Positions 1 to 15,000 of a DNA stretch of 64,000 nt are shown piece after piece. The stretch spans positions 67,235 through 131,234 of the forward strand of contig NW_002060977.1 of NCBI RefSeq assembly GCF_000150275.1, in the 5' to 3' direction. The position numbers and the translations under genes are program-made. The DNA comes from Trichoplax adhaerens (taxonomy: Eukaryota > Animalia > Placozoa). Each line of letters begins with the position of its first letter. The stretch's first letter is position 1. A model generated the notes under the pieces. The model searched no databases. It saw nothing but the letters and a program-made list of their open reading frames with translations, and was not told the origin of the DNA.

Positions 1-3000
1 ATACTCGCATAGCCAGTGTTTCTTCTGAGCATTTTACAAATTTAAGGCATCTCCATACTTTGTAAGTTACTAATTTCGTATTAGGTAGCACACAAGGGAT
101 CCTTTATAATTCTTTTCAATTGGTTTAAAATTTCATTAAAGCCCTGATTTTCTACAGAAATGTTCTGAAAGTAAAATATACTTGTTTCTCTGTGTAATAT
201 TAGGGACTTAGGCGTTAATTTAATTACTGAACTTGATAATGATTCATTCAATGGGCTTCATGAACTAACTAAATTGTTAGTAATTTACGAAAAGAACTCT
301 TTGATATCGTTTAATATCACATATATAAATTAAATTTATAAACAAAAAGACTTTTTATTCAAGTAATTACTTCAATATGCTTTCGCTAATATATGTTTCT
401 ATTATCAGGAAATTATTCTCTAATAAGATTAGAATGATTCATGATTTAAGTTTTAAAGAGCTGATAAGCTTAAAAATTTTGTAAGTTATCAACAAGTAAC
501 CAAATAGCATTAAGTTAGATGCTTTAAGATTTCGTACTAAAACCGCAGATTTGAATTTTCAAAAGAATTTTAAGTTAATATAGCGGATGAAATATTGAAT
601 TTTCTTTTCCTGTTTCTAGAGATTTAACAAGGAATAGGCTATCTACAGTTAACAAGAATTTACTGCACTTTTTAGTCAATTTACAAAAATTGTAAGTAAC
701 TATAGAATAAGAACAAATCTAATAAAGTAAAAAGTAGCTACTTCGCTCGTTATAACTTTATGGTATTATTATCGAAATTTTATGGCACCAATAATGTGAA
801 AATCAGCATAATAATTGCTGCATTATACTCTGTACTAATTTCATCCCACTTAGATATAGATTAAAAAGCCTTAAAGTAAATCTTACAGGATAATTTGGGA
901 GCTTCTAATTTACCCGTTACCATAGGTACATGAATAGTAATTATATTTCCACTATACATCCAGAAGCATTTTCTTCTTTGACTTCCGCTACATTTATGTA
1001 AGTCACTAGTGATATTATACAAATACTCTTTCGTACATTAATGTCAGTATCCTTAAAAGGTTAAAAACTGTATTACAAGACTAAGATAATTGATTCATTT
1101 TATCAAATTCCAATGCTATTTATTGTAGTTTATTTTGGGAAAAATTATATGACATTCTATGAAGAACTTTAATTGATCAATGCGATCTATTTCGTTTCAG
1201 TTATTTATCGAACAACAGAATCTCGACGCTTTCCGATGATACCTTTAAAATGACCCATAATCTCAGATATTTGTAATAAATTAATCTTGAAGCCTATTTT
1301 GAGAGCAAAATGCATCATAAATAAAGCAATAATTGCACAAAGTGTCATAATTCGTTGGTACATACGAGTACGAGTAAACTAAATTTGAATTTAAAAATTT
1401 TAATTCTAGGTATTTAAATCAAAACCAAATAACGAAAATTACGGCATCACTATTCAGAAAGTTACACCAGCTAAGAAAATTGTAAGAGAAATAGACTTTT
1501 CCTATTTTACTTTAAAGTAGATCTTTTAAAATTCGCCCGTTTGGTGTTAAGAATCAATCCAAAATTTAGCTAATATACGTACAAGAGACACTCATAAGAA
1601 CTAGACAGTAATAGGAGTAGCATACTTTCCCTTATTTTGAGCTGAAACAGTCAATATTGAAGTTATTTCATATAGCTTAAGGTATCATCATACCCTATCA
1701 ATTAAATATTTTCTCTGAGAAGTGATCAAATTTACCGTTGGTTGACATAAATGCTACTACCGTATAATATGTTTATTAAGCTAAAAAGGGGAAAAGCTAG
1801 AAGTGATTTTATAATATAATTTAAATTAATCCAATTAAGTTCCAATGATATATTACAAACTTTAACGAGTTTTAATATAGTCAAAAGTAAATAATTTAAT
1901 GATTAATATTGCATTAGTATTGAATCAGTTGTTAGCTATCATCATTAATCCAATTTTTACGTAGGAATTTATGAATAATGTATAAAATACCTATAATTTT
2001 TAATAACAGTTATACGATTTCAAAGCACAATTTACACTGCTTCTATAATAATATTGAATATAAATAGGTATTTGCAGTCGAATAGAATTTCCTTTATCGA
2101 CGCAAATGCATTCAAAGGATTACGGTCTATATTGCAACTGTAAGAATGATCATTATCCTGTTAGATTTACGATCTAACAAAATCATAATTCCTTTGTGTT
2201 AATATAACAATTGATATCAACATTTTTGAACAGATCTTTAAATGAAAATAATCTTGTATACCTTCAAAATAACCTCTTTCCTCCAATGGCAACGCTGAGA
2301 GTATTGTATGTTCAGTTTGATTCAATTAGGATAACGCTGTGAACTTAAGAAATCGACTTTTATTATAAAAGTTAACTAATTCATATTTCCAAACTAAATT
2401 AAATGATTTTATTACCGGTGTCATACACTAGAGATATCTCACGAAACCAAATTCAACGCATTCATCCTCGAGCCTTTAGAAATTTAACAAAGTTACAGGA
2501 ATTGTTAGTCGTATGGAAACGTATCTATTAGATTTTTTATACTACATTATATAGCACTGAAGTTTTTCGTAATGAGAGAGATACATTTAATTAAAGACTA
2601 ATTCTTGCATACGAGCTTATATATTGTCTTCTACTGTCATTACTTCGGGATTACTTTGTATTTGTAGGACGTTATCAATGAATAACATCAACTTGTTGCC
2701 TAATAATATTTTCGCTGATTTACATGGGCTGGAATATTTGTAAGACTTATTGATGAACTAATTACTATTGTAATAATATAAAAATACTTATCCAAAGCAT
2801 AATTTTTGTTAAGTTATCAACAAGATATGACTTTAAATTTATATATACATATTCACTTTTTTTAATTTAATACATGAAATGCGGTCTAAATTTGATGAAT
2901 TTAATTTTTTAACCGTTGTTAAACCATATATAGATCTTCATCCAATGCTAATATTTCACAAATTCAACCCATGTCATTTATGGGTTTATCAAACCTAAGA

Positions 3001-6000
3001 TCACTGTAAGTTTCTACTTTTGCTTGCAAAATTCGAGATAGAAAACATGTCATGGCCGAGTAGTAGTCTCATGCTATTACTATTTGTCCGCCTACGTAGC
3101 CCAAAATTTGAGTTAACAAAAGTTGAGTAATTCCCTAATGAGACACAATCTTATACTAGAAACAGTACAAGTACACCTTTTCATTCTATTAGCCACCTGC
3201 CGCACTACTAGGATGAGCTGAAAGAATTACAAAACACTTTTGTAATAGATTTAGGCTGCTGTCACAAACTAGCTCTGTGATAAAGATAACGTAAACAAAT
3301 CTCTAAATTAATGTAGTCTCCGGGATTCAGTATCCTTTAACTATCTCATAAGGATTTAGACGCCTTTGCTTCTACGTTAAACAACTATAAAACTCTTCTT
3401 TTATTCAAATATTTGCCGAGCTTAAATACCCCTCAGTAGTTGTTATCATGTATGAGTCATAACAGTTCAAGAAATTTAGTTTATGTTGAATAGCTAAATT
3501 AATACAGAAATTATTCATAATTTTAGCCATGTACTGAACGATTCTAGATAATTAGATTACAAAACGTCCATACACAGAATTATTTATAGTATCCTTTATG
3601 ATTGAATATCTTTAGGATTTTCATCAAAAGCGATACAAGACATAACACTTTTATCAATTAACATTAGCTACCGTATAGAAATTCTTACTACAGTACAGCA
3701 TAACTTACTATAACAAAATAATAACTACCGTCGTTCTTACTGTAAGTCATTATTAGCTATCTCCATATAAAAATCTTAACCGCTAAATTCAGTCATTTAC
3801 TCTTCACGATGGTTCGTACTGTGACAAGTGTGTAGACGAAATCTATAAGACACTTTAATTAAATGCTTTTATTTCTAATAATTAATAGCGCAATGACTGA
3901 CAACAATGTTGATGAAAGTTCGCCTTGGGTTTTATATTCTTTATACAAATTAGAATCATTGTAAGAAATATTATTCTTAAAATATATTAGTAGTAATTTA
4001 TGTTAGCGTAATTTGACCTAACTCTTCTGACTTCTTGATTGCAGAGTTATAACAAACACTGGCTTTTCAAACGCTTCTTACGATGTTTTCCATAATCTAA
4101 CTCATCTACGATCCTTGTAAGTAGCTTAGAATGACTTTACTGACTTGCATGGTAAAAAATAATGTCTATACGGAGAACAATAATTTCCAGATGGAAAATG
4201 CTTACCAAAGTTAAACTTTCCATCTGTTTGGAAATTTCTGTGAGTTTCTAAAATGTATACTACAAGTACAACCCAGTACTATACTAGGGTATTGTTACAA
4301 TTAATTAATTCTTGCGTCTTCAATGATATAATTTCATTAAGTAATAAATCACACGTTAACACCTAACCATTAATTTAATTTACTACTATTAAATGTCATA
4401 GAAAGTGTATTGTAATTTTAGCTAAATTCAGTATATAGATTTGGCTATAAATTTATTATTGCTATGCGCCAACGAAGTTTGTGAGGCTATATAAAAGCCA
4501 CAAAGCTCTTAATTTAGGGAGTTAACAAGTTAATCGATAAGAGATGGTTACCAGTTGTTAGTATTAGAATGTAAGTTGTGAGTTCAATCGGTCATTTTAA
4601 TAAATAGTTTATAAAATAAAGTTTTGATTTTTCACGTAAGTTTTCTATCGCCTAAGAATCGAATTTAAGTTTGGTAGATTAAAGTGTGCATAGCGTTAGT
4701 TGCTTAGATTATTAAGACTACTAGAGAGGAAAGAATACCGATAATATTTGTATTGTAATCTTGGTTGTGACAGGTATATTAGTCTTTTCTGTTCATAGTT
4801 TACTATCAAATTGACTCTTCATTTGTTATATCATATCTGCAACTACAGTCTGTCAATAATGCTACGATCAATTACACAATATAACGCACATTAAATAATA
4901 GAACGAGCACTGATTAAATTATTAACTTCAGTAATTAATAAGTTAGCGCATGTACTCTGTCTTACTGGCATGCAACCAGTCTAGGAATCAAAGTAATATT
5001 GTATCACTTATCAGTTTACCAGTAAAAACTACGTAAGAAATCGTTCCCAATAAATTTGTTAAATTGGAGATATACAACAAGTATAATAAATTATTATTAC
5101 TTACATATGATACCTAGCTGTTGTTCTCATTATTTTAATGGACCATATGAAGTAATGAAATTTATTCTTAAGTTTTAAATTAACTTTAATATTGGATAAC
5201 CTTTGGCTAAAATTCGTTATACAATTTTAGAAACATTGCCGGTTGCGGTCTCAAAAAGATTAAAGCAAGTTTATTCAAAAACTTGAATCTATTAACAAAC
5301 TTGTAAGCTTTCCATAAATGATTTTACTTTCCAGTTCGATATAATTTAATTACGGTACAGATATATGTATATATATTATACATATACTATATCTTAAAAT
5401 TCTATATAGCAAGATCTCTTATTTATTGCAACAAATGAAGGTTTATTTATTTAGTAAATGTATCCTTTACGTTTAATTTGAAGAATACATTGCAATTCTA
5501 AAATCTTATTATTAGATGCTGGAGCTCCATTTTATCAACTTAGATTACTGAGTCATACATTGATGATTTTAAAAACAAATCATATTTGCATATAATTTTA
5601 GTCATTGTTTTAGACATTTGATAACCTAGTTTCTTCGCCTCGAGTAGGCAAATAATATCTGTTTGCCTAACGGTGCATAAACTAGAGCTTGAATTATTTC
5701 ATATACATACATGTACTAAATAAACATATTTAGAGGGTTATTCTAACATATTTTAAGTTAGATCACAAACTATACTGAAACTACTTGTGTAAATTGCTAG
5801 ACATATCACGATAATTAGCTAAAATGGTCAAGCAAAAATAACTTAATATATACTTCATCAAGGCAGTTTATGTCATTATTGGTTTATAGTTCCTATTATT
5901 TCAAGTATATCTTTCATTTTAATTTGTTTCTCATCCTAAAAATTATTATAGAAATCTTGATAACAATGAGTTAGAAATTATCAATAACGAAACATTCTTG

Positions 6001-9000
6001 GGCCTATCTAATTTAAAGAAATTGTAAGTACTATGATTATAGCGTCTTCTAAACTGGAAAAATAAATTCTTTACATGCTGCTTCAGGGCATGCTAATAGT
6101 CATTTTTGGATCATTCTAGAATTTGTTGTTTCCTTTAACTGATAACTGTACATACAATTAAAGGTATAAACAGCACAATCTACACCTTGCTAGTTTTCTA
6201 CAAAGGCCATTTGCTACTGCCACAAAGTAACTATATTACATAGGAACCGTAACATATTTACCTACAATAACTTATACTATCGAGAAATTCTCTCGATTGC
6301 GCTTTGTCTGTAAAACTTTACATAGTCTTTTAGATAACTAAATCGTTTAATAGCAGTATTCATGCCCTGCAAATATAACTAATGTTATTAATATAGAGGT
6401 AATATAAATTTGACCAATTTTTCAATGAGATTTAGTTAAATTTCGTTTAAAGAAGACTAGTGATTTACTTTCATATCCGAATGATAGGAGATCGTCAGCA
6501 TTTGGAGCCGTATTGTAGATAGATATCAAGAAGGGTAGCTTAATCATAATTCTTGAAGGAACTTCATAACGTAGTTACTATAACTTTGAGTGCCATATGA
6601 AATTAGTAAGCCTAATACTTCAGTAACTATTATTCAGTCTATTACTTTTGCATTTAAATTAACTAATGTTATCAGAGGTTTTACAACGCCTCTAAATTAG
6701 ATTTATTTTCAATTCTACTTTTTATAGATCCCTTCAAATGAATAAAATATCCTATATAGCTACTAGCGCTTTTTCGATGTCGCCTTTATTGGACACATTG
6801 CAAGTTTATTGTCTTATTACTTTCTCAGTATTTCTGGATATAATTATTTAATAAATTGATTAACCATTTCAATTTTTTAGGTATCTGAGCGGCAACAATT
6901 TACTTATGAAAGATTTCTTTTCCATACAGTTCATGGGAAAAATTCTGTTCGTAAATGATAACATAATTATTTTACTAGCGATACTCTTACATTCATAGAT
7001 AAATCGGTGGGATAGATCAGTGATAGCCAAGGCTCATATTTATATTGATATCACTGTCAGGCCATAAAAATGCACCAATATGTACTTTCAAATAATTTGA
7101 TATCTGTAAGAACAAGCTGAAATACCCGTATCAAATATATTATACCTATTTTAATAATCCATCGATGGTTATGTTTTCTATACTATTTAATTAGACTATA
7201 GAATAATGAACAGGTCTTAGCTGTTTTAATAAATAGTCAGAGCATGTCTAAAATTCGTGTACAACTTTATATAAAACTAGTTAATCAAATACTGTACTGA
7301 TTAATTAATCGTGGCAGATTCTGATAATTCATAAATCTAGTCCCTAAATTAGCTATAGAATATTTTTATAGTTATAACCATCTTACAAGATATAAGTTCA
7401 GTTTGTTCGATTAAATTATCAAAGATATATCTATGAACTTTAACTAATTATTTACAACTACCAGTAAACGGTACATTCATAGCACGGACTATGATTAATT
7501 ATTTAACAATTTTTATTTCAAAATGCTATTATGTGATAAAACATTAAAATTATTACAATCTGTCCTTCAATAATTTTATATCGGCTAGGAGAATGTCTTT
7601 TAACAGGCTTCATGAAATCAACTTTCAAAAATTTCTTGCTATCGACACTTCTATTCTGTGTGTTCCCTATACTCTAGTACTTTTTGAAAACTTTCTTATT
7701 GTGATGGTGTATGTTCAGAAATGAAATTAGTAATCATCTTTCCAATATTATTAACTATTGACTAGAGATTTAAGCTGGAATAAAATTAGACATATTCACA
7801 ACTTTCCATTCATGCCATCGTTATCGGAAATGTAAGTGAAGCAATCTATATACAGTAAATACCTATCAATTAATCAAGCTTATAAAATTCAAGATTAAGG
7901 TATAATTGTTATATCAGGATTGATTAAGATTTAGAGATAACTCAGCTTTGCTTCTTGTATGCACTATATAAGTATGCTTCATATCTTTGCTGATGTAATT
8001 GATTTATCCTTGGCCATCATATTTCATAATCAGAAACTTATCAGATAATCGAATTTATTCTGGTTCAGAAATAAATTTAGCTAATTTAACTGGGCTACAA
8101 GCCATGTAAGTACCCATTTTATCCAATCAATATTTTTATAGCTAGTCTGTATTTCTTATTTGGGAGAAATGAAGCCTTACGGTAACAAATCTGATCAATA
8201 TGTTAATATCATTTATTTATAGTAATTTAAAGAGCAATGGAATCATTTCTATTTCCAGCTCTTTCTTCAAGAGCCTACGGCATTTATCAAATTTAACCAT
8301 CATGTAAGTTGACATAAATAAAATTTTTGCAAAGCACTAAAGAGCCAGACATGCTCATTATATCCGAGATTATGGCATAAAATAAGAATGCAAAGTATCT
8401 GTATCCTAATCCGTGTTAGGCTAACAAATCCATTAGAAGATTCATTGCTAATAAGAACTGCTGTTTCAATACTAGTTTCTGTCCTGATATATTATGTACC
8501 TCCTATTGCTTTTCATCACAAAATTGTTGATTAACGTGACAACTTTATTATTCCCAGTATTACGTGTAGCTACTGAAATATTCATTGTACTATAGAACAG
8601 TGCAGTAGTTACCAGATGATTGCAATTATTAAGTTGATGTAGAACAGTACCCCCACGTGTAGATAACCTTAAATATCTGGTATTATGTGTCGCCAACTAT
8701 ACGGTACGAATTGTAGCTGAGCTGGTATTTAAGGTTGAGCTCATAAAATAAAAAGTATCTTCTTTACAGGAATCTATGTTTTAGGTTGCGTCTCTATATT
8801 GACTAAAGAGTTAACACCCAGCTAAGACTAAAATAATTTTTTCAATTAGGATAATTCAAATATGAATGAATTTTGCTTAATTATTTAGCGAATAGATAAA
8901 CTGTTGCTTTTATTAATATTAATACTTCGACAATACCTCTAAGAATTAGTTCTAGGACAAGAGAGCCTACTGACTATATAGCAGCTGAACTACAAGCACT

Positions 9001-12000
9001 ATTAAAATTGTCCTAACCGCTATGTTATTCCTGATCATTATTATATTCATTACTCTTATCGCTTCGTTATTTAATAAGCGAATTGTTATGACTTTATTAT
9101 GCCAGTAATATTATAAACGCGATGACTGTTATCTGATTCTACCAGACTACAAATATCTATTATAATTTATGCGAATGAGTTATGTAGTTAGGTTTCTAAA
9201 TTATTGATGCCATTTCGAAAACTTAATTAAAATTCCCTGGTTAAATCACTAAAATCTATGAGTATTCCGAATAGAGTTTACTTTAAATGTTATTTAGCGC
9301 GTTACTGTAGCAAGTTGTAATTCAATAAAATCAAATTCACCACTCTGAAAGCAATGTTTCTGAAAGCAAAGCTTAGGTTACAGAGACATTAAATTATGAT
9401 GATATTTCTTACATTTTAGGACGTTAAGTTTTAACAAGATAAAGTCCATAGCTGACAATGCCTTTATGTTCTTAAATCTCAAACGCTTGTAAGTCTCGTA
9501 TATTATAAAAATTAGATTTCACCTGATATACGAATATAACATAATAACTGCTAGCTTAACATCCTCAATATGACCAGACCGTTTGAATAATCATCAATAA
9601 TTTGTTCTGCCAAGAAATGCAATATAAAATGAGTTATTCTCTATTTGCACGATTGAAGAATATAAGCAGCTAATAATTTTCTGCTTTTCAAAATATGGTA
9701 TTAAATATTTTAGTCTAAGATTTTTACTTATCCGTCCTGCAAGATGTAATGTTAAGATACTTCAATTATTTGCCAATTTTGTAGCTTAAAGAAAAATGGC
9801 GTATAGTTTAACAGTATTCGTAAATACCCATACATAAGATATGTCTGCATTGATTTCGGGTCAATAATTATTGCACTATGTCACAAATTATCTCATTTTA
9901 GAAGTAATAAGCTTCACAATATCTGTACCTTTGAGTAATTTGATATCTTGAGCTAGATACTTTAATAGTCGAATCAACTCGCAAATAAGTTTCTTTATTC
10001 TTAGGCCTCGAATAATTAAGTATATATTAATTTCATTATGGGCCAGATCTATGGATTCTAATACTTATAGAGGAAATTTAATCAGTATTTAATGTCAATG
10101 TAGTATTCATAGCTATTATTACACATTCTAAGTCTAAATTTTAAATGAAGAAAATTAAAGTAAATTGCTCACTAAGAGCCTACTGATAGGTTTATCTTTC
10201 TAAAATCTGCCAATAATAAGACCTTAAATACTGACGAATTTCCCATCGTCAGAAAGTTACAGTAAACCACTAGTCTCTCTTAGATAAAAATTGAACCCAA
10301 GCTTATAGAAACATCAGTCAATTTATAATTCTGTCACAATAATAATAAATAACAATGCATAGATGTTATTATAAAGCCATGCAATCATCTTATAAAAGCA
10401 TGTAAAATATCAAAGATAAATTAATGTTAAGACATTCCTACTATAGATAAGAAGTCTTATTAAAATCATTTTTAAAGGTTACTATGTAACATTACTTTAA
10501 AAATGCAATCCACAAGAACTATAGATGTCTTGATTATAATGTTTACTAGGGATTTATTTTCCAATTTGCTAATCCAAATAAATTTTTTGGCACCGCTAAA
10601 TAACTTGCAGATCCTGTAAGTAATGCGAGTTAACTTGGTCATAATTCATTTTAATGCATATATTAGTTAAGTATGATCGTAAAATTTGGCCTATTAACGT
10701 TGTAATCATAATTATGAGATTTATCATATTGTATCCTAGAATTAATTCGTATTTGTGAACAAACTTGCATTCAAGAACAGACAATAAATTTCTATTCTAA
10801 TTTTTTATTAGCGAGTTGGGAAATAACAAAATTAGAAAAATAGTCAAAAATGACTTGCAATATGTAAAAAACTTGAAGATTCTGTAAGTAAAAATAAGAA
10901 AACTATGCTATATTCATGTTGTGGTGAATTTTAATATGCAATCCTATTGCATTTTAAATAATAACTACAATAAGATAGCTTCAAAGTGGAATTTTATTCG
11001 AAATGTAAGGCTATTTAACTATGATTTACTGGCAATGAAGTTATTTAGTTAAGAACGAAATTTCTCAGATTGAAGGAAATGCTTTTGAAAATCTTCAAAA
11101 TCTAGAGAAGCTGTAAGTAAATTAATCGTGCAAATATGTATCTATTAACATATTAATAGCTTTAAATTAATTCGAGTCATTTTACAGGTTATAGCTATAA
11201 CCACATACTTAATATCTAAAGAGTTCTTATTACATAATTTTTATTTCGTATTTCATATTTGTAATCATGAACTTATAATTCAATTCAGCAATCTATCCTC
11301 TAATCCTTTATCACAACTTCCGCCCGATACTTTTAATGGTTTACATAACCTATCTTTTCTGTATGTAAATCATCAGATCCATTGCAAATATCTAGCTTAC
11401 GTATTTATTTAATTCAATTCCATTTGGTAATTATATTTATAGGGTGTTAAACAGCTGTGAAATCAAAAATGTAACCTCCCTATTTCATGATTCATTATCT
11501 AACTTAAAATACTTGTAAGGCAGCTTAGATATTTCATTACAACGATTAGATATTCGATTTATAGATATTCAATTCATTAAAGATTTGTAAGAAATTTGAT
11601 ATAATTGTAGTCATAGTGCGCTGTTAAATTTTCTTTATCCAGGTCCTTAGCCAACAATCATCTTGATTCTGTTCATAGTGGAATTTCTGGTGCATTAAAA
11701 TCTCTAGAATCTTTGTACGTGTATGCCATACAGCGATAAACATGAATTATAATACGTATGCACAATATAGATTGTATCAATACAAGCGTTTGGATGCATT
11801 ATTTAAGTTAAATTTTTCTTTTCTGTATTTTTAAACTACCTTACCTTACATGGAAGAATATTGGACAATAATCATTTGGTATCGTTTGGCGCTCATGAAC
11901 TTGAAAACTTTACAAACATAAAGTTGATGTTAGTCTAATTGTGATACTTATACCAACTTTAATCTCAACATTATAATAAGAAATTGTAGACTCGATAATT

Positions 12001-15000
12001 AAAATTGTTTCCTCTAATTTAGATCTCTTAGTAATAATAAACTAAGAGAAGTCCATTTGCTTCCTTTCTTCAAAATTAGAAGTTTGAAACATTTGTAAGT
12101 GCAATTTGATCAAATTGATAACCAATTTAGATTATTGTTTACAAATGACCGGAAAGTTGATGCAGTAGTTTTCTTTATAAGGCGATTTTTTTTTCATCCT
12201 GTTAAAACCAATCTCATAACAAGTTGCCACAACTCAGTAGTTGGAAGGAACAAGAAAAATTTAAGTTAACTTAAGACACAAACTCAAGTTATGAACTAAA
12301 GTCGTTAACAACAGTTATCTTTATTTCAAGAAAAACTCTAGTTATATAGAAAAGTAAACGTAAACCTGTTAATATGGCAATCTCTATCTCTTAATTCAGT
12401 GTTCATTATCCTAGTAAATACTCGTATGTAAGCAGAATTTCCTACATTATCCCACTTTTTCTAAAACTTTTGTCTAGAACAATGTTTGGCGACCATAATA
12501 TTCAATATTTAATCATAATCATAATATCAAAATACTCTAATTACGATTTTACTAATTCAGTATCAATAAAATATCGGTATTACCAACTATATAAAGATCT
12601 TCTATTAACTCCGTAACAACTTAGACGCCTTTGCTTTTACGTTATAGGACTGAAGATTTTATCTTATTTAATAGTCTGCCCAGCTTATATACTCTTCGGC
12701 AGCAGTTAATATTGATAGATCATCTTTACATTCTCAGAGTTAATTTTTACTTAGCTACTGAATTAATACAACAAGATTCACAGTCATAGACATCTACTGG
12801 CCAATCCTAGATAACTAGACTACAGTATGTCTATATACACAAAACCATTTATAGATGATACAACTTCTAATGGGTTAATTATCAAGACTACAATTACAAG
12901 AGGTAGTCCTGTAGTCTATTAATCTCCATTACTATTTAAGAAATCTTATTACAGTACAGCATGTGATTTACTGTGGCTGATCATAACTATGGTGGTTCCT
13001 AGTGCAAGTACTTTCTTGTAATCACTATATATAACTTTTAAAATTCACAAAGTTTAGCTATCTGTTATTTACGGTAGTACTTACCATTCTGTTCTCCTAT
13101 AAAACTGTTTTACATTTACTATATATAATTATATTAATTACTGTCTTGGTGACATGCTACAAGTAGTGGCATACTAACACATTTTAACGCTTGAAATAGC
13201 TACCGTGTTGCCGCGGTAGAGCCTTTATCGTGAAATGCCTACTTACCGTGTTGTTTATGCCTATTGCAATTGTGATGAGGTGTCTTCTCAAAAATACAAC
13301 AAGAACTACAGTTTCTTGTAAATTTCACTTTGTTTCATAAGATCAGGTTCCTCTTACAACTACCAAAGACTATCTACCTACAATCAGACTATCTCTGGAC
13401 TATTTGAATTGTTATAGCAATATTAACGATATATATAAAATTAGTAACACAATAATATTCCTTCAAATAGAATCATATCTTGCCAATTAAGTCATGAAAT
13501 CATATCTAAATCTACTATCGTGCTATCAATTCATAATTTACGCATCCAATTGAAGCGTCATAATGCACGTCTCAAAGTACTAACATGCTTAGCGTAATCT
13601 ATTATTATCTCAGAATCTTAATATAAGCATCTCAATGGAATTACTACAATACGTACTGTTAACATCTTCGATAATTAGATACCTATGCAATCTTACATTA
13701 TAGCGTACAATTCATCTTTTTTCGCACAATCCTATAATCTTAGTCGTATGCTTATTTGGGGCTGCACTACATGTATATGCCTCATAAAATAGAGTATGGG
13801 AGCATTTCAAATTCTAACAGTAATGTATAAGCGAAGTGAAGGCTTACACCTTCGTAATTGAAATAAAAAATAATTTTTATACCGTACAATTAATTAACTT
13901 TGACTGAGCTTAAGAGAAGTCTATATTAACAATATTTGGATGAGTTGTCATCACTTGATTCGACAGCTCATCTAAATCTATTTGTTTTATCTGCATTTCA
14001 AGTTTCACTATGAATTTAGCGTAAGAGATTGGGAGAAAGTTTAGCGCTGTCTGTAGTTAGTTCAAATTATTTCTCGTTCATAGCAGTAACCATTCTAGTA
14101 TTTCTTTAACTGTTAATAATTTTCGTCATATTTAGAATACGTTTAGCATTGACTCTTTACTACGTAGCTTCAGAGGATTATTCCTAAAAATTTTCAGAAA
14201 TATCGAATAGCAATCTATTTATGTCTGATCAACCGGTAGAGCGTTGAGTTTTTTAGTGAAGAATAGGATCAATACTGCTATACGAGTATTCTTTAGTCGT
14301 CTGTGTTACAATCGTATGAAATTCTTCTAAGGCATTTTATTATACACTTCTGTGCTATATTTCAAATACTTTATAAATGATATTTTCTAATGCATTATTA
14401 AGTTAATATTGATGCTTCTCTTTTTAAATTTGATGTTGTCATTAGAAAATTATCTAATGTAGGAACAATCGTATTTGATGACCATGTGGAAAGCATTCAC
14501 TCGAAACTGATATCTCTGTAAGTATTATCGTATCATAAGCCGAAAATGTATGATGTATACTGCAGTATACATGTATCCTCCACTCTCTCTATCGCCTGAT
14601 CGGCTCAAATTCTGCTAGATGGAATCTGCAGGAGATTGTAGAAACCGCATTTTGGTCCCTAGATTATACTATTAGAGAATAAATATACTCGTATACGGCT
14701 ACCCTTCGTAGATACCATCTAAGCCAATGTAGCTAACTTAAGTTATCCAGGCAAGTTTTGTACCAAACTTTGCTTCCACTATCCATAATCATGGTAGTTT
14801 AACAGTGACGTACAATACAATACCTAAAGTCTGTCGTATTCATACTTTAATGCAACAGTAAGATAGTAATCATAATGGATATATTCCGATATTAGCATAG
14901 TAATTATTAAATGATGTGCATCAGAGAGCAAGATTTAGTTAGACATCTTTGCTGTAATTTAATTTATTCGTAAGTATTGAATTTATTAAAAAAGGTACTA

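Noticed and set aside
13679-13750. LRR-like reading (NSSFFAQSYNLS) in the long 12095-14445 intron
   Set aside because: Splice phase does not fit the phase-2 array and the LxxN core is missing; at most a degenerate exon.
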